DNA of 64,000 nt from Chloroflexota bacterium (lineage in GTDB: Bacteria > Chloroflexota > UBA11872 > VXOZ01), in NCBI GenBank assembly GCA_965221905.1, contig OZ244922.1:1824001-1888000 (forward strand), in the 5' to 3' direction. Of this stretch, positions 29,220-38,405 are shown in pieces. The notes under the pieces were generated by a model that was not told where the DNA came from, searched no databases, and was given only the letters and a program-made list of their open reading frames with translations. How positions within the stretch are numbered: the first letter of the stretch is position 1; each line of letters starts with the position of its first letter. A program made the translations under genes and the position numbers.

Positions 29220-29477
29220 TCCGTTCGCCCTGAGCCTGTCGAAGGGTGGCTCATGGTTGGAGGAGCCTACGACAAGCGGATTCAGGGGTTTCCAAGAGGG
29301 CTCTCGGTGAAGTGCTAAAATCCGTTCGCCCTGAGCCTGTCGAAGGGTGGCTCATAGTTGGAGGAGCCTACGACAAGCGGATTCAGGGGTTTCCAAGAGG
29401 GCTCTCGGTCAAGTGCTAAGATCCGTTAGTCCTGAGCCTGTCGAAGGGCGATTCACGGTTTAACAACCCCAAACGGA
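29220..29477. repeat. 101-bp tandem repeat (two near-identical copies plus a partial third) of REP-like doublets
   Basis: TCCGTT.G.CCTGAGCCTGTCGAAGGG starts at 29220, 29321 and 29422. Confidence 0.88.
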
Positions 29478-29509
29478 TTGGCCTGTCGAGTTTTCCTTAG
29501 AGGGCCCAC

Positions 29510-30388
29510 CTAGAGTGGAATCTGCAGGAACTCTTTTCCCAGAATTATCTCACCGCTAAACTGGGAAGCTACCTCTGCAATTGCGCGTTCTGCCTGGCCT
29601 GGCTGTGGCGTGCCAAGCGTTTCGGCGCCAATGGCGCGGGTATGGTGCACTAAGACGAGGCGATTAACTCCGGCTTCCTGAGCAACCCGACCTGCGGAAA
29701 TCGTCCCCAGATTAGAGTCACGTTCCTCTTCCCGCACTAGCGAACGAGACATATGGCACATAGCAACCAAGGTGTCGGCGCCTTTAGCTAACTCAATTAG
29801 ACTTCGACCTGGGCCGGCATCACCGGTGAAGACGATTGAACCCTCATCGCCATTAAGACGGTATGCCAGCGATTCCAGCCAGGGTTGAACGTGTTTGGTG
29901 GCGGCGCAAACCACCTCCCAGCCGTCGCCGTTGCACACCACACCGGGCCCAACGTCTTTCACGGCTACGATCGGCGGCGTGCGCGGCAGCACGCCGCCTC
30001 GTTGCTGGAAGCCGCGTACGCTTACAGGGTGGTTGATCCTTGCCATGATGTCGGGTGCAAAAGCGCCTGTGTCAGGGTCGATGAGGCGCGCCGTAAGCGT
30101 TTCCGTGTACTCGGGGCCAAACACCTGCAACCGGTCTACCTCACCGTAGCCCGTATCCCAACGCGAGAGAAGAAAACCGGGGTAGTCCGCGTTGTGATCG
30201 TAATGGTGGTGGGTGAAGAAGAGGTGGCCGATGTCCGCCGGTGCCATACGCATCTTGAGCAGCTTGTACGTTGTTGCCGGCCCGCAGTCGAACATCAGGT
30301 GATTTTCGCCAAAGCTCACCACGTAAGAAGAACCGTACTGCGTGGCGCTTAATCCGGGAGTGCCTGACCCCAATATTGTCAATCGCAT
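29510..30388 (-). CDS. MBL-fold metallo-hydrolase (RNase Z/arylsulfatase-like)
   Basis: LGSGTP, FDCGP, THHHYDH, FTGD, LVLVH. Confidence 0.85.
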   Translation of the reverse strand: MRLTILGSGTPGLSATQYGSSYVVSFGENHLMFDCGPATTYKLLKMRMAPADIGHLFFTHHHYDHNADYPGFLLSRWDTGYGEVDRLQVFGPEYTETLTARLIDPDTGAFAPDIMARINHPVSVRGFQQRGGVLPRTPPIVAVKDVGPGVVCNGDGWEVVCAATKHVQPWLESLAYRLNGDEGSIVFTGDAGPGRSLIELAKGADTLVAMCHMSRSLVREEERDSNLGTISAGRVAQEAGVNRLVLVHHTRAIGAETLGTPQPGQAERAIAEVASQFSGEIILGKEFLQIPL

Positions 30389-30555
30389 TCCAGCCTCCGG
30401 GAACGTGCGGACGTGCTGCTACGTTTAGTTGCTCAGTGATTCATTGCCTATAGAGCGCAACTCAGTTTCGCTTACTCTTACCGGGGTGAGACCTGCATTT
30501 CTCCGCAATTTCGGCCTACAGCCGCCGGCACGATGGCGGCAAACGACAGCTCTTG

Positions 30556-30584
30556 AAAAAACCCAGTGCGTAAGACCCCTGGGT
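30556..30584 (-). terminator. Possible intrinsic terminator after the histidine kinase
   Basis: Minus strand ACCCAG-N12-CTGGGT followed by a T run. Confidence 0.45.
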
Positions 30585-30640
30585 CGAGAAGCTCGCAGCA
30601 AACCGCAGTTTGAGCAAAATGAAAAGGAAAGCCTCCCCTG

Positions 30641-32674
30641 TCAGCCTTTCCACCAAACGGTCCAGAAGTCAACCGGTTTGGCGGGGAACGTGATGTGAGC
30701 TTTCGTGCCGCCACTGGGCTCGTTTTCTATTTGGAACGTGCCGGACAACTCGTGGGTCACAAGTTGCTCGACGATGCTGAGTCCGAGACCAGCCTGCGTT
30801 TGCAGTGAAAAGTCTGCCGGTAAACCTTGCCCACCGTCCCACACGTCAACAGCAATTGTGCCGTTGTCTTGTGTTGCCGTAATGCGGATGCTCCCCGATG
30901 GAAGGCCGGCCAGTCCGTGCATTATGGCATTTGAAACAAGCTCATTGAGGACAAGGGCAAAGACGGTGGCATGCTCGGAGCCGAGTTTGATTGGCGCGGG
31001 AGCGATGGTGAAGTCTATCCGCTGGCTGGGAGGCACTATGTCTTTGAGGACGATCTCCATGATGCGGTCCGCAATTTCGCCAACCGTAGCCAAACCGATG
31101 TCCTCTTCCGAAAAGAGCTCATGCACTGCGGCGATGCTCTCGACGCGCGCCGCGCTCAGGCCCAGCAGGCTGGCCGCCTCGGGAGATTCGGCCCTTCGCA
31201 TCTGCAAGGAGAGCAGTGAGGCTACTGTTTGGAGGTTGTTCTTGACCCGGTGTTGTATCTCGCGCATGAGAATGGCCTGAGTCTCCAGCGCGCGTTGCGC
31301 TTCCTGATAGAGGCGCGCATTCTCAATTGCCAGCGCGGCGTCGTAGGCAAATGTTGAGACGAGCTGGATCTGTTCCTCGCTAAACTCGTGACGCTCCATC
31401 GTGAAAACACTGATGCCGCCGAGAACCTGGTCCCGAGCAATGAGTGGAACACAGAACAGGGATCGGATGCCTTCGGCCACAATCTGGGGATGTATTGCAG
31501 CGAGTCTGGGATCATTGAACGTATCTTCGACACGCTCCGGCGTACTATTCGAAACAGACCGTCCGATCGCTCCGTCTCCCACCTTAACCCGCATCGTCTT
31601 ACACTGTTCGCTGAGATTGTAATCCGCAATGATGAAGAGGTCATGGTCCTTTTCATCAACTTTGAAGATCGCAGCTTTGTCGGCGCTCGACAGTTCCGCC
31701 GCGTGGCGCGCAATCATCTCGAGCACCTGACTCAGGTCAAGACTTGAAGCAATTGACGCCCAAACGCCCTGCAGGGTTGAAAGTTGGCTCACTTTTTCGC
31801 TCAGCTTCTCATCAATTTGTATGTAGAGTCGTGCATTGTCAATTGCGATTGCTATTTGTCCGCACACAGTTTCAACGAACGCCACTTCCTCGCTAGAGAA
31901 ATGCCGTGGTTCTCGGTTCTGTAGGTTGAGAACGCCGATAAGCTTATTTACGGTGAAAAGGATGACGGGGACGGAGAGCATACTCCGGAATGCGTCCTCC
32001 TTTAGTGCCGGAAGATACACGAAACGCGGGTCTTCCCATGCGTTCTCCAAGGCTACCGGCTGGCCATGCTGTGCCGCCCAGCCGGTGACGCCCTCACCAA
32101 GATTCAGATGAACGCGACCGACTGCATCTGAACTGAGACCTGTGGTTGCGCGCAATGTCAGGCGGTTCAAACTCTCGTCAAACAGGTAGATGCTGCAGTC
32201 GTCCAATTGGAGAACTTCACTCACGGCTTTCACCGTTGAGTCCATTAATTGCTCGAGATCAAGCGTTGAGTTGGCGACATTGTTGACCTGTTGGATGGCT
32301 GTTAAGTGGCCCAGGCGGGTCTGCATTGCGGCATTCGTAGAATCGCCTTCTGCCTGCGTGCACGCGCCAAGACGTTCTCGCAAAGCACCGTTAACTGACT
32401 GCGAGAATTCGAGCAACTTCGCTGTGCCTTGCGCTGAGTAGCGGTCAAAGTGGGGTACGAGTAGCACGACACGCTCCTCAAACGTATGCCAAGCAGCCTT
32501 CACTGCAACCGCGTCTGGAAGGTTGTCGATCAGGGGTCCAAGAGAGAGGACATCGTTTTGGCCCGGTTCTTCACAGATTGCTTGCGCAATATCACTCAAT
32601 TGAGCGGAAGAGAGCATAAATCTGCTGTCAAGGAACCAGCGCACGTTCGTGCTTGTTAGGTAGTCCAAACTCAT
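30641..32674 (-). CDS. Cytoplasmic two-GAF sensor histidine kinase (HisKA_2, PdtaS/EutW-like)
   Basis: Two GAF domains each ending AIAIDNARLY/ALAIENARLY; EIQHRVKNNLQ, NELVSNAIMHG, DGGQG, GLGL. Confidence 0.9.
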   Translation of the reverse strand: MSLDYLTSTNVRWFLDSRFMLSSAQLSDIAQAICEEPGQNDVLSLGPLIDNLPDAVAVKAAWHTFEERVVLLVPHFDRYSAQGTAKLLEFSQSVNGALRERLGACTQAEGDSTNAAMQTRLGHLTAIQQVNNVANSTLDLEQLMDSTVKAVSEVLQLDDCSIYLFDESLNRLTLRATTGLSSDAVGRVHLNLGEGVTGWAAQHGQPVALENAWEDPRFVYLPALKEDAFRSMLSVPVILFTVNKLIGVLNLQNREPRHFSSEEVAFVETVCGQIAIAIDNARLYIQIDEKLSEKVSQLSTLQGVWASIASSLDLSQVLEMIARHAAELSSADKAAIFKVDEKDHDLFIIADYNLSEQCKTMRVKVGDGAIGRSVSNSTPERVEDTFNDPRLAAIHPQIVAEGIRSLFCVPLIARDQVLGGISVFTMERHEFSEEQIQLVSTFAYDAALAIENARLYQEAQRALETQAILMREIQHRVKNNLQTVASLLSLQMRRAESPEAASLLGLSAARVESIAAVHELFSEEDIGLATVGEIADRIMEIVLKDIVPPSQRIDFTIAPAPIKLGSEHATVFALVLNELVSNAIMHGLAGLPSGSIRITATQDNGTIAVDVWDGGQGLPADFSLQTQAGLGLSIVEQLVTHELSGTFQIENEPSGGTKAHITFPAKPVDFWTVWWKG

Positions 32675-32907
32675 CTTGCGTCATCCCTCGCCGTCTGGGC
32701 GACACATACAACCGCGAGCTTAGGCGTTACGGTCTCTGCTTACTTGTGATCCGTGCCACCCCGTGCGAAAACCATCCTGGGTGTCGCGCGAGCGTTGTCA
32801 GTCACCGCGTCGGACTAATTCTGATACTATCATGCCAGTGTACAGAGGGTACGTCACGCCGAGCGTCGCGCCACTGTGCGGTTCTCCACAACGAATCCAA
32901 GGAATAG

Positions 32908-34878
32908 ATGATGGAGCGGAGCTTCGCGTGGGAGCCGTATGGCGATTACCTTGCGCGCTCCCGCGTGCGAGACTTCATGGATCGCCATGCCATTCCCACT
33001 TGGCAAGAGCTCATTGCGCGGTCGCAGCGGGATATTGACTGGTTTTGGGACGCCGCCCTGAGTCATCTTGGTGTTGAGTGGTCCACCGCATACGATGCGG
33101 TCTACGACGACTCTGACGGCATGCCGTGGACGCGATGGTTTCCAGGCGGCACGCTGAACGTCACTCATAACTGTATCGATCGCCACGTGCGGGACCAGCG
33201 CGGCGGGGAATTGGCCCTGATCTGGGAAAGCGATGCAGGTGACTCTCGCGCTGTGACATACAGGGAACTCTACGACAGCGTTTGTGTCGCGGCTGCCGCA
33301 ATGCAGCGCATGGGTGTGATTTCAGGTGACGTTATCGGTCTGTGCGCGCCGGTTTCGCCGGAAGCCGTGGCAGTGATGTTCGCGGCCATGAAGATTGGCG
33401 CCGTGTGCATGCAGATCGCCGCGCGGTCGGTGCCGCAGGATGTTGTAGAATCGCTCAATCGGGGACGTGCCCGGCTTCTCTTCATGACCGATTCCTACCC
33501 GCGCGGCGGGAAGTGGACCGATTGTTCCCCCACATTCCGTGCTGTTACGCACAATGTGCCTACGCTCGAGCGCGTCGTGCTCATTCAACGGCGAGATTCG
33601 CCATTCGAAATGACCGACAAGGGCCTTTGGTGGTCGGACTTCGCTGACTTGGGCAAACACCACTCCACCTGCGCAACGGTGCCGGTTGACTCGGAGCATC
33701 CAAATCTCATTCTGTTTTCCTCAGGCACCACGGGAAAGTCGAAAGCCATCGTACACACCCACGGAGGATCGCTGGCACAAATAGTCAAAGAGGTGGGATA
33801 CGCCTTCGATTGCCGGCACCATGATCGCTTCTGTTGGTTTACGAATTTTGGTTGGATGATGGCGCCGTGGGAACTCATTGGGGTGCTCTTCTTTGGCGGT
33901 ACCGTTGTGCTCTATGAAGGCACGCACGTTCATCCTACGCCCCACCGGGTTTTCGAGTTGATCGAGAAGCATCGGGTCACAGTCTTCGGCTTTGTGCCAA
34001 CTGCTATCCGCCAACTCGCCGCCCTCGATGAAGACTTCAGTGCCCACGATCGGTCCACTCTGCGCATCCTTGGTTCCACGGGAGAGATTCTCGACAATCG
34101 GGCTTGGTCATGGTACTCCACCGTCTTCGGCGAGGGCCGGTGTCCAATCATGAACATATCGGGCGGCACTGAGGTGATTGGCTGCCTACTCTCGCCGCTG
34201 CCGGTAATGCCGCTCAAGCCTGGGACACTGGGCGGAGCAGGACTAGGCATGGACTTGGCAATCGTAGACGACGAAGGCAGACCGGTTGCAGAAGGGCCGG
34301 GAAATCTCGCGTGCCGACAGCCGTTCCCTTCTATGACGCGCGGGTTCCTGGGGGAACGGGAACGTTACCTAGAAACGTATTTTCCTCACGGCAAGAATCT
34401 TTGGTTTCATGCCGATCGTGTCGAGGTTGATGCAGATGACATGTGGTATATTCTCGGTCGCAGCGATGACCTCATCATTCGCGGCAGCATAAACCATGAT
34501 CCCGGCAAGATCGAGCAGGCCTTGCTCGGTTATATCGGTTCTCCGCGTATTGCCGAAGCGGCGGCAATCGGCCCGTCCGACACAGAGCTAGGACAGCGCA
34601 TCGTGTGTTTCGTGGTTCTGGAGCAGCCGCTTGCTGCCTCTGAAGTTGATGCCTTCATTCACGCGCTGAGCGAGCACGTGGGCGATGTGTACGACAGAGC
34701 GGGTAGGCCTGATGAGATTTACTTGGTGGACGCGTTACCGAAGAATCTGGCGGCAAAGATTCCACGTGGACTAATCAGGCGCGCCTATGAAGGTCAACCT
34801 TTGGGGGACATATCCAAGCTTGATAATCCCCAAGCTATTCCAGCAATTCAATCAAGACGCAAGCGAGAGAAGGTGTAG
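32908..34878 (+). CDS. AMP-forming acyl-CoA synthetase (acetate/acetoacetate--CoA ligase family)
   Basis: WFPGG.LN..NC.DRH, FSSGTTGKSK, STGE, SGGTE, GRSDD, LPK. Confidence 0.88.
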   Translation: MMERSFAWEPYGDYLARSRVRDFMDRHAIPTWQELIARSQRDIDWFWDAALSHLGVEWSTAYDAVYDDSDGMPWTRWFPGGTLNVTHNCIDRHVRDQRGGELALIWESDAGDSRAVTYRELYDSVCVAAAAMQRMGVISGDVIGLCAPVSPEAVAVMFAAMKIGAVCMQIAARSVPQDVVESLNRGRARLLFMTDSYPRGGKWTDCSPTFRAVTHNVPTLERVVLIQRRDSPFEMTDKGLWWSDFADLGKHHSTCATVPVDSEHPNLILFSSGTTGKSKAIVHTHGGSLAQIVKEVGYAFDCRHHDRFCWFTNFGWMMAPWELIGVLFFGGTVVLYEGTHVHPTPHRVFELIEKHRVTVFGFVPTAIRQLAALDEDFSAHDRSTLRILGSTGEILDNRAWSWYSTVFGEGRCPIMNISGGTEVIGCLLSPLPVMPLKPGTLGGAGLGMDLAIVDDEGRPVAEGPGNLACRQPFPSMTRGFLGERERYLETYFPHGKNLWFHADRVEVDADDMWYILGRSDDLIIRGSINHDPGKIEQALLGYIGSPRIAEAAAIGPSDTELGQRIVCFVVLEQPLAASEVDAFIHALSEHVGDVYDRAGRPDEIYLVDALPKNLAAKIPRGLIRRAYEGQPLGDISKLDNPQAIPAIQSRRKREKV

Positions 34879-34881
34879 GTA

Positions 34882-35835
34882 ATGCAAGCGGAAGCGATAC
34901 GAAATGCCTCAATTGTGGGAGCCGGTCTCATGGGCGCGGACATTGCTGTGGTGCTCTCATTAGCCGGTGTCGCAGTAACCCTCGTCGACATTGGCGAGGA
35001 TCAGCTAGACCTTGCCCGCGCGCGCATGAAAGCAAGTGTGGTAACACTAAGCGACAACGACCTCGTAACACAGGAACAAGCTACAGAGGCATTCCAAATC
35101 GTGAGTGGGACGACTGACCGGGCCGATGGGGTGGAGAATGCGGACTTCGTTGTCGAATCTGTGCCGGAAGATCTAGCGCTAAAGCAAGGCATCTTCGCCG
35201 CACTGGATTCTGAAGCGCCCCCGGAGGCGATACTCACGAGCAACACTTCTTCCCTTTCGATCACCGCCATGGCTGCCGTCACTCGGAGACCCGAGCGCGT
35301 GGTTGGCAGCCACTTCATCCTACCGGGTACAGTACTGCCGCTGGTGGAAGTTGTGCGTGGAGACCAAACTAGCGACGAAACGATGCAGGTTACCTATGAC
35401 TTGTGGCAGCGAGCCGGAAAACAACCGGTGATGGTGCAACAGGATATCCCGGGGTTCCTCCATAACCGCCTGCAACACGCGCTGAGCCGCGAAGCCATTT
35501 CACTGTGGGCGAGCGGAGTGGCCTCCGCGGAGGAGATTGACGCGGTGGTCGTGAACGGCTTTGGTCTGCGTCTCGGTCGGGTTGGGCCGCTGGCGCAGCG
35601 CGACCTGGGCGGCATGGTGATGAACGTCGCTATTGCCGCTTCACTCTACCCTGCACTAAGCTCGCTCACCGATGCGCCGCAAGCGATGAAGGACCTCGTT
35701 GCACAAGGGTCCGTGGGGTTAGAAGCGGGACGCGGCTTCCACGACTGGAGCAATAGCGACCCCCGAGAAAAGCGGCGAGAAGTAGAGCGCACATTGCTCG
35801 CAGACCTTTTGCACCGCAAACGCACTCAGGACTAA
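34882..35835 (+). CDS. 3-hydroxyacyl-CoA dehydrogenase family protein
   Basis: GAGLMG, ESVPE...K, SNTSS, HF..P...LVE, PGF..NR, GP...D. Confidence 0.88.
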   Translation: MQAEAIRNASIVGAGLMGADIAVVLSLAGVAVTLVDIGEDQLDLARARMKASVVTLSDNDLVTQEQATEAFQIVSGTTDRADGVENADFVVESVPEDLALKQGIFAALDSEAPPEAILTSNTSSLSITAMAAVTRRPERVVGSHFILPGTVLPLVEVVRGDQTSDETMQVTYDLWQRAGKQPVMVQQDIPGFLHNRLQHALSREAISLWASGVASAEEIDAVVVNGFGLRLGRVGPLAQRDLGGMVMNVAIAASLYPALSSLTDAPQAMKDLVAQGSVGLEAGRGFHDWSNSDPREKRREVERTLLADLLHRKRTQD

Positions 35836-36008
35836 TCGAACTGCTAGTTTGCTCGTTCAGTACGGCAGGCGCACCAGGGAACGGGCAGCGTGTGGGTGGT
35901 TCCTAGAGCCCTTACTCCGCACCTTCATGCTGGAAGCGGCTAACGCTCTGCGCATGGGTCCTTGCGGTCTGACAGCTATTGGTCTCCAGCCCTGGCGAAT
36001 GTGTGCGC

Positions 36009-37190
36009 TTAGGCGTCATCAAGAGCAGCGACTCCCGGAAGCGTCTTGCCTTCGAGGAACTCTAGAGTAGCGCCGCCACCGGTGGAGACATGGGTAATGC
36101 TGTCCGTTACGCCGCAGGCGGCGACCGCCGCCACCGTCTCGCCACCGCCGACGATTGTCACTGCACGAGTGCTGGCCAATGCATGTGCTAGAGAACGGGT
36201 ACTGCCTGCAAAGCGCTCTTCCTCGAATAGTCCGAGCGGCCCATTCCAAAGCACGGTGCGTGTCGTAGACAGTATGGATTGAATTGCCGCCACAGTCTCT
36301 GGGCCAATGTCGCCGATAATCGTGTGCGGTGGAATGGCATCGGTAGCAACCACGTCTCCCGTGCCATTTGGCTCGCCAACAGTGCCGACAACGACGTCGC
36401 TGGGAATCAGCACGGCCACGCCAATCTCATCTGCTTGATCAAGGAACGCCGCGGCTACCGCGAGTTGTTCATCCTCGACTAAGCTCTTGCCAACCGCGTG
36501 TCCTTGGGCTTTGAGGAGCGTATTCGCAATACCTCCGCCGGCAACAAGGACGTCGATTTTGCTGAGAAGATGTGTTAGCACGCCAATCTTGGTGGAGATC
36601 TTGGCGCCCCCGATCATGGCAACGAACGGGCGCTCCGGTGCCTCCAGCAATCGAGAGAGTGTAGCAATCTCCTTCTCCATGAGCAATCCGGCAACACTCG
36701 GCAAGTACGCGGTCACACCCACCGTGGAGGCATGCGCGCGGTGAGCAGCCCCAAACGCATCGTTGACAAATACGTCCGCGAGAGATGCCAATTGCTGGGC
36801 AAAGCTCGGGTCGTTCTTCTCCTCTGCGGCATGGAAGCGCAGGTTTTCCAGGAGCAGAACGTCGCCTGACCGGAGTGCGCGAACGGCGGACGTTGCCTCC
36901 GAGCCGATGCAGTCGCGGGCGGTTTGAACGGGTTGATCGAGCAATTCTGATAGGCGTGCGGCTACGGGCGCCAAGCGAAGCGCTTCGTCGACCGCACCCT
37001 TCGGCCGGCCTAAATGGGAAACGAGAATGGTCTTGGCCTTGCGCTCGCGCAACAGGTTCAGCGTGGGCAATGTTGCGCGGAGACGCGCATTGTCGGCAAC
37101 AGTGCCTTGGGCGAGAGGTACGTTGAAGTCCACACGCAGCAACACGTTCTTGCCGCTTAGGTCAATGTCGCGTACAGATTTCTTCTTCAT
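36009..37190 (-). CDS. pgk: Phosphoglycerate kinase
   Basis: RVDFNVP, SHLGRP, LLENLRF, NDAFGAAHRAH, GGAK, WNGP.G.FE, STGGGA. Confidence 0.97.
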   Translation of the reverse strand: MKKKSVRDIDLSGKNVLLRVDFNVPLAQGTVADNARLRATLPTLNLLRERKAKTILVSHLGRPKGAVDEALRLAPVAARLSELLDQPVQTARDCIGSEATSAVRALRSGDVLLLENLRFHAAEEKNDPSFAQQLASLADVFVNDAFGAAHRAHASTVGVTAYLPSVAGLLMEKEIATLSRLLEAPERPFVAMIGGAKISTKIGVLTHLLSKIDVLVAGGGIANTLLKAQGHAVGKSLVEDEQLAVAAAFLDQADEIGVAVLIPSDVVVGTVGEPNGTGDVVATDAIPPHTIIGDIGPETVAAIQSILSTTRTVLWNGPLGLFEEERFAGSTRSLAHALASTRAVTIVGGGETVAAVAACGVTDSITHVSTGGGATLEFLEGKTLPGVAALDDA

Positions 37191-37241
37191 TTCTCTTACC
37201 TGGAGCCCTTGCTCCTGTAGATAGTGCTTTTAGCGCTTTGC

Positions 37242-37272
37242 AAAAGAAAAACCGTGGGTATTATACCCACGG
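37242..37272 (-). terminator. Intrinsic terminator-like hairpin between gap and pgk
   Basis: Minus strand CCGTGGGTA-TAA-TACCCACGG followed by TTTTTCTTTT. Confidence 0.7.
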
Positions 37273-37317
37273 CCCTTTCCCAGTTGAAGCTTGCGCAACT
37301 CCCGAGCTAGCGAAACC

Positions 37318-38337
37318 CTAGACTGCAGCCTCTTGAGGGATAGTCTGCGCCACTCGGGCCGTCAAGTCTGCAATACGGCAGGCGTAGCCCCACTCGTTGT
37401 CGTACCAGGAGAGCACTTTAACCAGATTTCCAGAGACTTGCGTTGACGGTAAGTCCACAATCGAGCTTCGCGAATCGCCGCGGAAGTCCATGCTGACCAG
37501 CTCTTCGCTGGAGCAGCCGAGGATCCCGTTCAAGCGCCCCTGCGCGGCTGCGACAAAGGCTTCATTCACGGCTTCCACCGTCACACCTTCAGCTACTTCG
37601 CACGTGAAGTCTACGACGGATACTGTCGGCGTCGGCACGCGAAGGGCAAAGCCATCGAGTCGGCCCTTAAGTTCCGGGATCACCTGCACCACGGCGCGTG
37701 CCGCACCGGTGGTCGTTGGGATGATGTTGAGAGCAGCCGCACGGGCGCGGCGCATGTCACTCTGATCAAGGTCGAGAATGCGCTGGTCATTGGTATAGGA
37801 ATGAATCGTATTCATGAGGCCCTGCCGGACGGTAAAAGCATCGTGCAGGACCTTCACCACGGGCGCCAAGCAGTTCGTAGTACACGAAGCATTCGATAGG
37901 ATGTGATGCTCGGCCGGGTCGTATGCGTCGTCGTTTACGCCCAACACCAAGGTAATGTCTTCTTCCTTGGCCGGAGCGGATATAATGACTTTCTTTGCTC
38001 CAGCCGCAAGATGCTTAGCAGCGGAAGCGCGGTCGGTACCCACACCGGTGGCCTCGACTACAACGTCGATGTCCAGGTCCTTCCAGGGCAGCTCTGTCCA
38101 ATCACGTTGCGACATAGTCTGCAATTGTCGCCCGTCGATAGTGATCGTGTTGTCACTTACTTCGATCTCACCGTCAAAGCGGCCATAGTTGCTGTCATAC
38201 TTGAAGAGATGCGCGTTGGTTTTCGCGCTAGCAAGGTCATTCACTGCAACCGGGTCTAAGTCCGGAGCCCGCTCCAGGATGGCGCGCAAGGCTAGTCTGC
38301 CAATGCGGCCAAAGCCATTGATTGCTATTCGTCCCAT
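37318..38337 (-). CDS. gap: Type I glyceraldehyde-3-phosphate dehydrogenase
   Basis: INGFGRIGR, active site ASCTTNCL, RVPT, WYDNEWGY. Confidence 0.97.
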   Translation of the reverse strand: MGRIAINGFGRIGRLALRAILERAPDLDPVAVNDLASAKTNAHLFKYDSNYGRFDGEIEVSDNTITIDGRQLQTMSQRDWTELPWKDLDIDVVVEATGVGTDRASAAKHLAAGAKKVIISAPAKEEDITLVLGVNDDAYDPAEHHILSNASCTTNCLAPVVKVLHDAFTVRQGLMNTIHSYTNDQRILDLDQSDMRRARAAALNIIPTTTGAARAVVQVIPELKGRLDGFALRVPTPTVSVVDFTCEVAEGVTVEAVNEAFVAAAQGRLNGILGCSSEELVSMDFRGDSRSSIVDLPSTQVSGNLVKVLSWYDNEWGYACRIADLTARVAQTIPQEAAV

Positions 38338-38405
38338 ATGTTCTTTGTTCCCCTTCTCCTAACCTGCGTGCGCCAACTGTAGAGAAAGTATAGCGTGCCT
38401 CTTCG

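Noticed and set aside
28997-29477. Possible CRISPR array
   Set aside because: The intervening segments resemble each other instead of being unique spacers, the units are degenerate, and no cas genes are present.
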